A stretch of DNA of 64,000 nucleotides from an uncultured Thermoprotei archaeon (GCA_965367815.1 CBDUKN010000010.1:1-64000); one strand, 5' to 3'; positions 39,198-50,160 are shown, counted from the first letter of the stretch. A program made the numbers and translations. Notes: generated from the letters alone by a model not told the origin.

Positions 39198-39922
39198 CTC
39201 TTAACTAGAAGCAGAAATAGCTCCTCAAGGTTTTTGACGCCGTGTTCTTGAAGCAGGTCTTTAACAAATCCTTTAGCTAGAACTTCACCTTTATTAATCA
39301 AAGCTACTTTCTCACAAACATACTCTACTTCAAGCATATTGTGGCTCGAAATAAGTACTGTTGTGCCGTAAGTTTGCGCAAAATCTTTAATCATGTTTCT
39401 CACCTTAGTAGCGTGTATAACGTCTAGTCCTGAAGTGGGCTCATCTAAAATGGCTACCTTGGGCTTCACCATGAATACTCTAGCGACCTGAATACGGCGC
39501 TTCATACCCTTACTGTAAGTCTTCATTTTATTGTGAATCTGGTCGCCGAGATTAGCTAGTCTTATTCCAAGCTCTAGTGCCTCTTCAGCTTCCTTTGACT
39601 TCCCATAGTAGATTTCAGCAACCATTTTCAAAAACTCGTAGCCTGTGATATTCTTATATGCTCCAGCGTCTTCAGGCAAATAAGAAACAATGCGTCTGAG
39701 TTCGCTTAAATTCTCGTAAATACTCTTACCCATTATTTTAACGTCGCCAGAGGTAGGAGGAATAAGTCCTGCAATAATTCTAAAAGTAGTTGTCTTACCC
39801 GCGCCGTTTGGTCCAATAAGCCCGAAAATTTCGCCTTCCTCTACTTCAAATGAGATTCCTTTAAGTGCCGGAAAATTTCCAAAAAATTTCTTTAAGTTAA
39901 TGACTTCAACAGCTTCCATCAC
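39194..39922 (-). CDS. ABC-2/NatA-like ATPase
   Basis: GPNGAGKTT, YSKGM, ILDEPTSGLD, SSHNM. Confidence 0.92.
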   Translation of the reverse strand: MMEAVEVINLKKFFGNFPALKGISFEVEEGEIFGLIGPNGAGKTTTFRIIAGLIPPTSGDVKIMGKSIYENLSELRRIVSYLPEDAGAYKNITGYEFLKMVAEIYYGKSKEAEEALELGIRLANLGDQIHNKMKTYSKGMKRRIQVARVFMVKPKVAILDEPTSGLDVIHATKVRNMIKDFAQTYGTTVLISSHNMLEVEYVCEKVALINKGEVLAKGFVKDLLQEHGVKNLEELFLLLVKR

Positions 39923-40006
39923 AAAGAAATGAAGAAGCTCGTATATAAGGTTTCACTTAAGTAATAAACGAATATTAAGCAGTATGTAAAAAAGAAAGTA
40001 AAGAGA

Positions 40007-41071
40007 TTAAACCGAGTTCTCATATAGCTCATCAATAGTTAGCACTTTGATTTTCAGGTGCGCGTAGTTCTCGTCAATAAAGTAATATGAGAAAATAATG
40101 AAGTTTTCCTTAAAAGTAATACTTGGATAGCAGTAAGTATGCTTTTCACTAGACTCTAAGTCCAGCACCTTTACCCACGTAGCCCCCTCATCCTTAGAAA
40201 TAGCGCATGAAAGAGGAGTCCTCCGCTGAAACTCTTCATCAACAATATCAACGCCTCTCCTCTTAACCTTACTTAAGTCAAATCCACTTTTATCATTCCA
40301 CACTAAAAGAAGATCACCTGTCTTCGGAATTCTCTTTATGCTAGATGGAGACAGAGGAGCCTTAACATTGCCCAGTGGTTCAGGTTTGCTCCAAGTTTCT
40401 CCTTCATCCTCAGAAAAGCTAGCATAGATGTAGCCCAGTGCTGTCCTCATATACATCATAAGCCTACCATCCTTCAGTTCAACAACACCGGGCTCCTGAA
40501 GCCCCGCCCAGCTATCAACATCCTTTAAAACAACTTCTCCTGAGCTCTTTTTCCAAGTCTCTCCGTTGTCGTCAGAGTAGTATATGAAACTTTTCCAGCG
40601 ACTATACTGAGTAGGATCTTGGTACACTGCTACAGGAGCAGTAATTCTTCCTGAAGATAATTGGACAACTCTATCATTATTTAAAACAAAGTACCTTTCT
40701 TCCCCTGTAACGAGAACAGGTTTGCTCCAAGTTTCTCCTTCATCAAAAGATTTCCTCATATAAACTCGGCAGTCATGATAAGAGTTCTTAACTAAGTAAA
40801 ACATAGCGAGTTCGCCGCTCTTAAGCCTAAGCAAACTAACACTCATAACATTACATCCACCAACATTTTCTTGAAGCAGCCGAAAATCTTCCCAAGTTCT
40901 TCCATTATCTCTCGAAATCGCCTTAATTATTCGGGCAGGAGAAAAATCGCTTCGATCACCGTAAAACTCAGTATAAGCTAGCAGCAAATCACCATTATTC
41001 AGTACAGCAATATCGCCCTCTCCTTTCCTCGGAAACCTAGCATTAGCTCGAAGTAAAGTTTCGTAAACCAT
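40007..41071 (-). CDS. BNR/Asp-box sialidase-like protein (GH33-like)
   Basis: Five Asp boxes (SRDNGRTW, SFDEGETW, SDDNGETW, SEDEGETW, SKDEGATW), QEP, R-TPL, YP. Confidence 0.88.
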   Translation of the reverse strand: MVYETLLRANARFPRKGEGDIAVLNNGDLLLAYTEFYGDRSDFSPARIIKAISRDNGRTWEDFRLLQENVGGCNVMSVSLLRLKSGELAMFYLVKNSYHDCRVYMRKSFDEGETWSKPVLVTGEERYFVLNNDRVVQLSSGRITAPVAVYQDPTQYSRWKSFIYYSDDNGETWKKSSGEVVLKDVDSWAGLQEPGVVELKDGRLMMYMRTALGYIYASFSEDEGETWSKPEPLGNVKAPLSPSSIKRIPKTGDLLLVWNDKSGFDLSKVKRRGVDIVDEEFQRRTPLSCAISKDEGATWVKVLDLESSEKHTYCYPSITFKENFIIFSYYFIDENYAHLKIKVLTIDELYENSV

Positions 41072-41175
41072 GTATAAAGCCCATTTATCCTCTATATAAT
41101 ACTTCTCCGAGAAATCTCTTCCTCAACATAAAGTCTTAAATATGTATTTATGTAGTGTATTCTTAGTGGTACATT

Positions 41176-41430
41176 TTGTATAAAGTTAAAGTTCTTTCAG
41201 GATATAGAGTAAGTATACCCAAAGAAGTTAGAGAAAGACTTGGATTGAAAATAGGCGATGAGCTTATATTGGAAATAGAAGGCTCGAAAATAATTTTAAG
41301 ACCAGCATTTCTGCCCGAAGACCCTGTTTTTACTATGCTAGGTATTACGGGAGATAAGAAGAAAGAGTTAAAAGAACCCGAATTATCTGTCATTAAAGAG
41401 CTTGAAGAAAAATTAAAGAGGAGTGATTAA
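41176..41430 (+). CDS. vapB: AbrB-type antitoxin
   Basis: YRVSIPKEVRERLGLKIGD...IILRP. Confidence 0.88.
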   Translation: MYKVKVLSGYRVSIPKEVRERLGLKIGDELILEIEGSKIILRPAFLPEDPVFTMLGITGDKKKELKEPELSVIKELEEKLKRSD

Positions 41431-41906
41431 TGTTTTACGTTGACTCAACTACTTTCATTAAATGGATTTCTGCTAAAAGAAAAGTTATAACACTAAACGA
41501 AGCAATCTCAGGCTATGTCCTATACAAAATCAGCAAAGGAACAAGAGCAGTAACTTCTACTCTCGTTAAAGACGAAGTACTTATATGGTGCTCAAGATAT
41601 AAAGCCAGCAGACTAGCAGATTTTCTTTTAGCGCTAAGAGCACTACTATCGCTTGAAATAGTTCAGCCAACTATTGAAGATGAGTGGAATGCTATTAAAG
41701 AGTACGGTAAGTATCCGCTAAGCATAAGTGATTTAATAAACTTAAATCTAATGAAAAGACTGGGCGTAAATACTATAGTTTCGGCAGACAAAGGTTTCGA
41801 CAAGTATCATGGAGTTAAAAGAATTTTCAGCGAACTCTCGGCAGAAAAAGAATTTAGAGTTTTCTTAAATGAGCTGCAAAAAAGAGGTATTACATTAAAG
41901 AAATAA
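41430..41906 (+). CDS. vapC: PIN-domain toxin VapC
   Basis: FYVDST, DEV, ISDLI, SADKGFD. Confidence 0.85.
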   Translation: MFYVDSTTFIKWISAKRKVITLNEAISGYVLYKISKGTRAVTSTLVKDEVLIWCSRYKASRLADFLLALRALLSLEIVQPTIEDEWNAIKEYGKYPLSISDLINLNLMKRLGVNTIVSADKGFDKYHGVKRIFSELSAEKEFRVFLNELQKRGITLKK

Positions 41907-42237
41907 GCTTTTAGTTACCAGTACTCTAATTTATTTCGATTTCCCTAAATGAGGAAAATATGGAAGTACTATAAACAGTTATGCTTTAAAATCAAAACTA
42001 AGATTAGTATATATTTCAATAAGAAGACTGTGTTTTCTCTCTATAGATAGAAAACCATGTGTATTTATTATAAAAATAGCAAAAACTTACCTATGATCTA
42101 TGCTTACTTGTAATACTGTTAAGCGACATTAAATACCTCAACGTAAATATACTCCCATAGACTATTGTGAACTCAATTACTCTCTACAGTTCAATTAAAG
42201 GAAAACCACAATAATAATGTCTAAAAATAAGCTAAGA

Positions 42238-42954
42238 CTATAGTTCTATACTGAACCCTTCTATTTCAATATTTTTGCCTGAAGACGAAGGCAAATACTT
42301 TCCGATAAGTCTTGCTAGCGGCGGGAGGATTCTTGTCTGAATGTAGACTGTTCCTGGGCCTTCGACTTCAAGTACTAGACCCTCGCCTCCAAGAAAGAAG
42401 CTCTTCCATCTACCGAATTTCTTTACTCTCCATTTAATATCTTCGTTCATTGCCACAAAGTGGAAATTGTCGACAATCACTTTCTCGCCCGGCTTCAAGT
42501 TTACTCTGCTTAATCCACCATAAGTATTAACCCACATACCACCAACACCTTTAAGCTTAAGCCAGATAAGTTCTCCTTCAGCAAGAAGTCCTTTCAGCCC
42601 TCTCCAAGCAACACCTACATCTACGTCACCGTGGTGCGCTAAATAAGACATATCTTGGACAATGTATCCCTCGCCGCTCAATGGAACATAAGCTATGTCT
42701 CCGGGAACACTTGGAGCAAACCATACCTCAGCAAACGATTTCGCCTCATAAGTATTCAAGAAAACACTTTCAGTCCCGAAAATACCTCTAAGCAACGCCT
42801 TAGCAATACCACCAGTATGAGTCTTTATCTCGACATTTCCTTTCATTAAAACCATTGCGCCAGCTTCAGCAGTAACACTTTCACCTGGATTTAACTTTAC
42901 TCTAAGCAAAGAGTATGCAGGACGGTACTCTACAGTCCACTCCATAATTTTCAC
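42238..42954 (-). CDS. TIGR00266/AIM24 family protein
   Basis: AEAGAMV, ESVFLN, PGDI, GGEGLV...GPGTVYIQTR. Confidence 0.92.
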   Translation of the reverse strand: MKIMEWTVEYRPAYSLLRVKLNPGESVTAEAGAMVLMKGNVEIKTHTGGIAKALLRGIFGTESVFLNTYEAKSFAEVWFAPSVPGDIAYVPLSGEGYIVQDMSYLAHHGDVDVGVAWRGLKGLLAEGELIWLKLKGVGGMWVNTYGGLSRVNLKPGEKVIVDNFHFVAMNEDIKWRVKKFGRWKSFFLGGEGLVLEVEGPGTVYIQTRILPPLARLIGKYLPSSSGKNIEIEGFSIEL

Positions 42955-43010
42955 CTCTTATTAAACTAAATACAGTAGAATTAATTAATTTTATTCAACA
43001 GGTATCAAAG

Positions 43011-43241
43011 TTATTTTTCTTCAATAGGTAGTATTTCCTGTTCCAGCTCTTTCTTAACTTGTCTTCTAATATCCCATACTACTAAAATAAAGAAAATAAA
43101 CGAAAAGACTATAGCTAAAACATCTATAACGAATGAAGCATAGTGCTCTCTTTTTCCAATTAAGTAAGGCAGTGGAAGAAAAGATAATAGTAGAAAGAGC
43201 ACAGCCATAGTTAAAGCTACTCTTGCTACTAAAGGATTCAT
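43011..43241 (-). CDS. Small two-TM membrane protein
   Basis: Two hydrophobic helices and a charged tail; divergent from the ABC ATPase gene. Confidence 0.65.
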   Translation of the reverse strand: MNPLVARVALTMAVLFLLLSFLPLPYLIGKREHYASFVIDVLAIVFSFIFFILVVWDIRRQVKKELEQEILPIEEK

Positions 43242-43282
43242 ATTCTATAGTAGTATTCAGGTTTTAATAAGACTACTGCCCG

Positions 43283-43302
43283 GTACTTAATCCATTAAGT
43301 AC
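43283..43302. promoter_or_regulatory. Perfect palindrome, candidate operator
   Basis: GTACTTAAT-CC-ATTAAGTAC in a divergent intergenic region. Confidence 0.5.
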
Positions 43303-43423
43303 TCTTAAGTAAATAGAATGTTGAAATCTTGATGGTCGGTAGAAAAGTAACTAAACTATGCTTAAAGAGCTAAAGTTTTAATAATTCATTGTAGTATAAT
43401 TAGCCGGAAAACGAGGTGACTAA

Positions 43424-44413
43424 ATGAGCTTAGGTACGCGTGAAGTACTGCTTAGCATAAGGGGACTTACTGTAGAATTCAAAATACCTAGAGGAATACT
43501 TAGAGCAGTAGACAATGTCTACTTAGATGTATACAAGGGAGAAGTACTGGGTTTAGCTGGTGAGAGCGGCTGCGGTAAATCTGTTTTAGCTCACGCTATA
43601 CTAAATATAGTTGATCCTAACGGGTATATCAAAAGCGGAAAAATAATATTTAGAGATAATGGTAAGGAAATAGATATATTGTCTCTTCCAAAAGGACGCT
43701 TAAGAAGATTTAGATGGGAAAAAATATCAATTGTCTTTCAGGGAGCTCAAAACTCATTCAATCCTGTTATAAAAATAAAAGATCACTTTATAGACACTGT
43801 AGTAGATCATAAAGGAAAGATATCTACTAAAAAAGTATTTGAAGAAGCAGAAAAACTACTTAAGCAAGTACGTCTCGACGCTAGCCGAGTACTAGGAATG
43901 TACCAGCATGAAATGAGCGGAGGTATGAAGCAGAGAGCACTTATTGCTTTAAGCTTTATACTTAAGCCAAAGCTAATTATTCTAGATGAACCTACTTCAG
44001 CACTCGATGTTCTTACACAGAAGTATATTGTGTCTCTACTTAAAGAAATTCATGAAAAAACAGGAGTAACAATGATTTTTATTACACACGACCTACCTGT
44101 TCTAGCTGAAATAGCCAACAGAATAGCCATAATGTATCTAGGAAATATAGTGGAAGTAGCAGATGTTCGAAAAATATTTTACGAGCCAAAACATCCCTAT
44201 ACTCAAGCACTACTTAAATCAATACCTTCAATAGTAGGTCCTATAGAAGAACTTCGCCCATTACCGGGTCCAAGACCCGATCCCGTTAATCCTCCTTCTG
44301 GCTGTAAATTCCACCCAAGATGTCCTCATAGAATGAAAATATGTGAAGAAAAAGCCCCCAAGCTAATAGATATAGGAGGAGAACACTATGTAGCCTGTCA
44401 CCTATATCAATAA
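43424..44413 (+). CDS. Opp/Dpp-family ABC ATPase (OppD-like)
   Basis: GESGCGKS, MSGGMKQR, DEPTSALDV, HPYT, GCKFHPRCP. Confidence 0.93.
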   Translation: MSLGTREVLLSIRGLTVEFKIPRGILRAVDNVYLDVYKGEVLGLAGESGCGKSVLAHAILNIVDPNGYIKSGKIIFRDNGKEIDILSLPKGRLRRFRWEKISIVFQGAQNSFNPVIKIKDHFIDTVVDHKGKISTKKVFEEAEKLLKQVRLDASRVLGMYQHEMSGGMKQRALIALSFILKPKLIILDEPTSALDVLTQKYIVSLLKEIHEKTGVTMIFITHDLPVLAEIANRIAIMYLGNIVEVADVRKIFYEPKHPYTQALLKSIPSIVGPIEELRPLPGPRPDPVNPPSGCKFHPRCPHRMKICEEKAPKLIDIGGEHYVACHLYQ

Positions 44414-44440
44414 AAGAAAGTGAGTAAAATAGCGAGTAAG

Positions 44441-45421
44441 CTAGTATAGATGACAAGCTACTAAACGGCCTTTAATCTCTCTTAATTCCGGCACTTTTTC
44501 TTCACATATTTTTTCGGCGTAAGGGCACCTTGTATGGAATTTACAGCCAGAAGGAGGATTAATTAAGCTAGGTATTTCAAGGCTTTTTAACTTAGGTAAT
44601 CCTCTTTTAGCAGCTAAATCAGGGTCGGGTACTGGAACTGCTTGAATCAGTACTTGAGTATATGGGTGTAATGGGTTTTTAATGACATCTTCTGTTCTAC
44701 CTATTTCTACGATATTTCCTAAGTACATAATAGCTACTCTTCCTTCTTTAGCAAAGTATCTAGCTATAGCTAAGTCGTGTGTAATGAAAAGATACGCTGT
44801 CTTGAATTTTTTCTGAAGATTCAAGAGGATATCAAGTATTTCTATTCTAAGGGAAGCATCAAGCATAGAAACAGCTTCATCAGCCACAATAAACTTTGGC
44901 TGAACACTAATAGCTCTAGCTATAGAAATTCTCTGCAACTGTCCTCCACTCAGCCTACACGTATATCTCTTAAAGAAGTCTTCGGGAGGAACCAAGCCAA
45001 CTAGTTCAAGTAGCTCTGCAGCTTTTTTTAGAGCTTCTTTCTTATTTTTAACAATCTTATACTTTAATAGTGGGGGAATTAACTGTGAAACAATATTTCT
45101 CATAGGGTTCAGTGCCGAGTAAGGGTCTTGAGGTATAAGCTGAGCATTTCTCCTAAATTCTTCGTATTCTTTTCCTTTAAGAGACCAGATATCTTTACCC
45201 ATGTATAGTATTTTTCCTTCAGTAGGCTTAATTAAACCCAGCATAAGTCTGCCTAAAGTACTTTTACCGCAACCCGATTCTCCTACAAGTGCCACTATTT
45301 CGTTTTCCCTTATCTCTAAGCTAACTCTGTCTACTGCTTTAATGAAATGTCTCTTAGAAAACATTCCCCCAGCTATAGGAAATATTTTCGTTACTTCTCG
45401 AGCCTCAATTACAGTATCCAT
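44441..45421 (-). CDS. Opp/Dpp-family ABC ATPase (OppF-like)
   Basis: GESGCGKS, LSGGQLQR, DEAVSMLD, HPYT, GCKFHTRCP. Confidence 0.93.
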   Translation of the reverse strand: MDTVIEAREVTKIFPIAGGMFSKRHFIKAVDRVSLEIRENEIVALVGESGCGKSTLGRLMLGLIKPTEGKILYMGKDIWSLKGKEYEEFRRNAQLIPQDPYSALNPMRNIVSQLIPPLLKYKIVKNKKEALKKAAELLELVGLVPPEDFFKRYTCRLSGGQLQRISIARAISVQPKFIVADEAVSMLDASLRIEILDILLNLQKKFKTAYLFITHDLAIARYFAKEGRVAIMYLGNIVEIGRTEDVIKNPLHPYTQVLIQAVPVPDPDLAAKRGLPKLKSLEIPSLINPPSGCKFHTRCPYAEKICEEKVPELREIKGRLVACHLY

Positions 45422-45425
45422 AGTT

Positions 45426-46310
45426 TCACTCCTCTCTCAACCTAGGATTAAATATCTTATCGACGCCATTACTTAGAAACACGAGCCCTATTTGTAAAAT
45501 AATTATAGCCATAGAAGGTGCTAAAACATACCACCACCCTGTTCCAATAGTACCTGTATATGCTTGAGCCATATGAATCATAGCTCCCCAGTTTCCCGGA
45601 GAATATGGAAGCAGTCCTAATGCAAGCAGTCCTGTATAGGCGTAGATGGCACCGACTGAGTTCAGCATAAAGTTTATGGCTATATAAGGCATCATGTTCG
45701 GAAGTATTTCTTTAAAGATTATGTAAAATCTGCTTAATCCTAGGCACTTAGCTACCTCTATGTATGGCTCCTTTTTAATAGACAGCACCTGAGATCTTAC
45801 AGCTCTCGCTAATCCAGGCCAAGCTGTTATACTCAGCAGCACAGCTACATGTAGCTCCGTTACATCCATTCCTGACTGCATAAGCCATACAGCAATTATC
45901 ATTAGCAGAGGAAAGCCAGGTATTGTTAGGAAAATATCTATGACTGATGTTATAATTAAGTCTAGTATACCGCCCGCATAGCCTGCTATAAGACCCACTA
46001 TTGTTCCTATAGCAACTGTAACTAGAGCTGCGAGGAAAGCTACTCTCAGTACAGGAGGCCCTCCATGTACGATTTGGGCGAAAATATCTCTTCCAGCAAA
46101 GTCTGTTCCCAGAGGATGTTTAAGAGAGGGAGGAAGATATTTTTCTTCTAAGCGTGGAGTAAGGTCTAGCGGAACTAATAGTGGGCCAACTATAGCCATT
46201 ACCATGTACGCTGAGACTATGATAAGTCCTGCTAATCCTGTTTTATCTTTGCATAAGATTCTTAGTGGAGTGTAAATATGCTCGTAGATAAAGTCTTTAA
46301 TTTTACTCAT
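45426..46310 (-). CDS. Opp/Dpp permease (OppC-like)
   Basis: HPLGTDFAGRD, EAA-like loop, FNPRLR. Confidence 0.92.
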   Translation of the reverse strand: MSKIKDFIYEHIYTPLRILCKDKTGLAGLIIVSAYMVMAIVGPLLVPLDLTPRLEEKYLPPSLKHPLGTDFAGRDIFAQIVHGGPPVLRVAFLAALVTVAIGTIVGLIAGYAGGILDLIITSVIDIFLTIPGFPLLMIIAVWLMQSGMDVTELHVAVLLSITAWPGLARAVRSQVLSIKKEPYIEVAKCLGLSRFYIIFKEILPNMMPYIAINFMLNSVGAIYAYTGLLALGLLPYSPGNWGAMIHMAQAYTGTIGTGWWYVLAPSMAIIILQIGLVFLSNGVDKIFNPRLREE

Positions 46311-47310
46311 ATCCTCCCCCTCTTCTTACTCTAGGATCAAGCACACCATATAGAAGATCAGCTATAAAGTTAGAAATTACTACAGCTATAATTATTAACA
46401 GGAATCCTCCTTGAATAAGCGGATAATCTCTATAGGAAAGCGCTAGGCCTATTACTTGACCAATGCCTGTATATGCAAAATAGGATTCAATAAACACTGA
46501 CCCTGCGAACATATATCCTAGGCTTATAGCAAAGCTTGTGAAAAGAGGAAGTATTGCGTTTCTTCCTACGTAAGTCCATGTAATACGTTTAGGTTTTAAT
46601 CCTCTTGCTTCAGCTGCCATAACATAGTCTTCCCCAAGAACTCTGACAGTACTTCCTCTCATAGCTAGTGCCCATCCACCGAAGCTCGTCAAAACATATG
46701 CTAGCATAGGAAGGAATGAATGGTATAGTACGCTCGATATAAATTCTAAAGTAAAGCCTGGTTTAATTCTTATATCATAGCTACCTCTCGCAGGAAATAT
46801 TGGATATTGTATAGCTAAAAAGTAGAGTAAAAGAAGACCTAAAATAAAGTTGGGTATAGCTGAAGAAATACTTGAAAGAAGCGAGCCTACGTTATCAAAA
46901 AGACTTCCTCTTCTATACGCCATTAGCATGCCTAGTCCTATGCCTATCAAGAACGATATAGTCATGGATATTGATAACAGGAAAATAGTCCAAGGTAACG
47001 CGTAAAGCAGACAATCGAGAACAGGAGCTCTTCCACAGTATGTTACTCCCCAGTCTCCTTGTAGTATTCCAGTAATGAATTCAAGATACTGTTTCCACAA
47101 AGGTTCATCCAAGTTAACATTATATAACGCGTAAACTTCCTGCTTGGCTTCTTCCTCAGAGTAACCAAAGGTATTCATGTAGTAAAGTATCATCATTTCA
47201 ATGAAGTTTCCCGGCATAAGCCTTATTAATACAAAAGTTATGGTCATAGCTATCCATATTGTAAGAATCGCTATTAGAGCTCTTCTAATAATCCACCTCA
47301 TGTACTTCAC
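46303..47310 (-). CDS. Opp/Dpp permease (OppB-like)
   Basis: RLMPG, EDYVMAAEARGL, RDYPLIQG, LDPRVR. Confidence 0.92.
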   Translation of the reverse strand: MKYMRWIIRRALIAILTIWIAMTITFVLIRLMPGNFIEMMILYYMNTFGYSEEEAKQEVYALYNVNLDEPLWKQYLEFITGILQGDWGVTYCGRAPVLDCLLYALPWTIFLLSISMTISFLIGIGLGMLMAYRRGSLFDNVGSLLSSISSAIPNFILGLLLLYFLAIQYPIFPARGSYDIRIKPGFTLEFISSVLYHSFLPMLAYVLTSFGGWALAMRGSTVRVLGEDYVMAAEARGLKPKRITWTYVGRNAILPLFTSFAISLGYMFAGSVFIESYFAYTGIGQVIGLALSYRDYPLIQGGFLLIIIAVVISNFIADLLYGVLDPRVRRGGGYE

Positions 47311-47403
47311 CCCCTTACTTCACGTAATAAGTATGTCCAAGGAATAAATATTTTATTATCTGTTTAGGAGAAAAATAAAAAACATTTATATGAATATTAG
47401 GAT

Positions 47404-49482
47404 TTATGTTTCTGGTGCTTTTTTCCTGGAAACCATTACAACTGCTACTGCTAGTATTATGATAATAATGCCTTCTATTGCTGCAACAGCAGTAAGTGTT
47501 CCTACCTGTCCAGCGAGAGCTGATAACTGATCTTTAATAGTCTTTAACTCACTTGAAATAGTTGTTACAGTCTTGTATGTAGCATTAACAGTTTCATACA
47601 GTCCAGCTGGAACTGCTGGTTTAGGTGTAGGAGCTCTCCATAGTCCTGAGCACATTAGGAAGCCGTAGACAAAACCTGGGTTATTTCCTTGCTCAATCTG
47701 TATAGGCTTGTAGTCCATGTATACAGCCCATCCTACAGCACAGTCAATATGCTTAATATTTACGTTATTGTAGAACTTTTTCTCATGTAGCTGTAGTGCT
47801 GGTAAGTAGTGGTTAGTTATGTAAGCTAGTGCCTTAACAATTTCTTTTGCTTCATCCATATCGTAAGTTATTTCAAGTTTTTCTACAAGTTCAGTTGCAT
47901 TGACCTTACCATGATACTTTGATACTCCTTCAGGCACATACTGTATTGGATTAAAGCCTAGACCCTCTACTCCGACAGTATAGCTTACATAGAATCTGTT
48001 GTAGCTGTCCCACGGATGATACTTGCCGTATGTCCAGAAGTCTATTGCTAGCCAAAAGTCTCCTCTCTCTCTAATAGTTTTGCCCCACATACCCCAGTCT
48101 AACTCTATTACCTTAGTCTCGATACCGAACTTAGTTAACTGGACGGCAATATTTTCTGCTCCAGGAACCCATCCACACCAGCCTGCAGGAACATGTACAG
48201 TTAACTTGAATTGCTCGCCTGTAGGTAAGTACCACTTGCCGTCTTTCTTAGTGAAGCCCAGGCTCTTTAAGAGTTCTTCAGCTTTACTTGGATTATACTC
48301 ATATTTACTGCACCATTGCTCTAGCCAGTCTTTAGACAGCCAATTATATACATCTGATGGCGAAATACACACAGGCCACTCTGCTGGAACAACGCTCTCG
48401 GGACCCCACTCTACAGCTACTTCACAGTACTCATCTAAGTTAATAGCGTAAGCTATAGCCCATCTGACTTCAGTTATATTAAGTGGGTACCTCTTACAGT
48501 TGAAGTAGAGGCAGTGTCCGTGTAGCCATGGGCCTGTGCATGTCCAGTAGCCGGGGTTTCTCTTCATTGTCTCATATACGTCTTCACTCATTCCTGTCCA
48601 AGTATAGTCGAACATTCCTGCTTTTACTAGTGGCCAGCTGGCGGGGTCGCTTATTCTTCTATGCCAAATAATCTTATCCCATAGCCTATAGTCTTTTGTT
48701 CCACCAAAAACGAATTTGCCTTTAGGAGTCTCAAGAGTCCATGTAACACCCAAGTCTTTAACCCAGTAATGTGGCCTAAGCTTATAGATCCACTCAGTGT
48801 CAGTAGATCTCTCGTATTCATAAGGACCTGTACCAATTAACTTGTCGGGTTTATAGTCTAGTAGCTTCTTTTTAAGCTCATCCATATCTACGCCTTTAAG
48901 AGGTATACTACCCGGTATCTTAAGGCCTGGAGCAAACTGACCATACTGAGCATAAGACACCACGAAGAAGTTAAGGAACCATTCTTTGTAGAAGAGTGGG
49001 GCTGGTTTCTTAATGTAGATTATTACAGTGTATTTATCTGGCGCTTCTACTTTCTCGAGATATTTTGCTGGACCCCAGCCTGTTAGCCATCTGCACCAGA
49101 ATGTTGTGAGAACATCTAGTGCAGTAAATTCTTTGCCGTCGCTCCACTTAATTCCCTTACGTAACTTAATAGTGAGTATTATTTTGTCTTCAGTAATTTT
49201 CTCCGTATAACTTTCAGCTAGCCATGGATAGAACTTCCGTTCACCTCGGCTATACCAGAATAAGGGCTCAATAATCATGTAGGTGGGTCTGCAATTGTAA
49301 AAGACGTTCCATGTCCTCATTGGTGGCGGAGGCTCACATGGCTGCAGAATATGCAGAACCAGCTCCTCTTTTTCTTGAGGAGCAGCTACAAGGGGTTTAA
49401 CAGCAATAGCGGTTGTCGCCAACAGTAGTGTCAACATCATTAAATATGTTAAGACTCTGTTTCCTTTACTAGAATAGCCCAT
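47404..49482 (-). CDS. Family 5 solute-binding protein with C-terminal membrane anchor
   Basis: Signal peptide, KLRKGIKWSDGKEFTA, IGTGPY, VRWAIAYAIN, coiled linker and C-terminal TM. Confidence 0.9.
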   Translation of the reverse strand: MGYSSKGNRVLTYLMMLTLLLATTAIAVKPLVAAPQEKEELVLHILQPCEPPPPMRTWNVFYNCRPTYMIIEPLFWYSRGERKFYPWLAESYTEKITEDKIILTIKLRKGIKWSDGKEFTALDVLTTFWCRWLTGWGPAKYLEKVEAPDKYTVIIYIKKPAPLFYKEWFLNFFVVSYAQYGQFAPGLKIPGSIPLKGVDMDELKKKLLDYKPDKLIGTGPYEYERSTDTEWIYKLRPHYWVKDLGVTWTLETPKGKFVFGGTKDYRLWDKIIWHRRISDPASWPLVKAGMFDYTWTGMSEDVYETMKRNPGYWTCTGPWLHGHCLYFNCKRYPLNITEVRWAIAYAINLDEYCEVAVEWGPESVVPAEWPVCISPSDVYNWLSKDWLEQWCSKYEYNPSKAEELLKSLGFTKKDGKWYLPTGEQFKLTVHVPAGWCGWVPGAENIAVQLTKFGIETKVIELDWGMWGKTIRERGDFWLAIDFWTYGKYHPWDSYNRFYVSYTVGVEGLGFNPIQYVPEGVSKYHGKVNATELVEKLEITYDMDEAKEIVKALAYITNHYLPALQLHEKKFYNNVNIKHIDCAVGWAVYMDYKPIQIEQGNNPGFVYGFLMCSGLWRAPTPKPAVPAGLYETVNATYKTVTTISSELKTIKDQLSALAGQVGTLTAVAAIEGIIIIILAVAVVMVSRKKAPET

Positions 49483-50160
49483 GTTTAGTAACTCTACCTA
49501 TAGATATTTAAGCTTTTACACGTGAATACCGCCTTAGAATCCAAAACTTTATATAGTTTTATCATTAAAGGGAAAATTTTTATATTTATAGTAAAATTAC
49601 CTTGTAAGCAGAAAAAGTCTGAGGAAAAGTCAGGTATGCTGACTTATATTTTTTGTTAGCATATTCACTAATACTAGCTAATTATTCGCTTTTATGCTCG
49701 GCAATGTGAAAAGATTTTTCTCGACCTAACTAGATATTTTCTGGAAACAAGCGAGACTACGGGATTAATTGCAGAAAATAATCTAGTTTCACTTAATACT
49801 AATTTAATTCGATAAAAACTATAGTTGTAATACCTGTGTTTATTTAAGAATATTTTTAGTTAATTTTCTCTTGTAAAATATTCTTGCAAAGTTTTTGTTG
49901 ATGTATTATGGCTGTTTGCTTTGCATATATCTTTTTTAGGGCGAGATTTATGAAAATTCAGGGGATATTTTTACAACGCTGTATGCTAATTTATATGTGT
50001 ATTTTGTAAAATGTCAGTATACTAGGTATAGCGTTGTTTATTCTTAGTGAAAATTATTGTTGAGTGCTTTTAGATTGTTATGAAATTTATGTGGAGTTCA
50101 CTAGGCTATGGTTTTAGTATAGGAGATAAGTTTATGCTGAAGAATATTCAAATAGTTTCT

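Noticed and set aside
49737-49752. TTTTCTGGAAACAAG as an ORB origin box
   Set aside because: Single partial match, no G-string and no cdc6/orc1 gene in the window.
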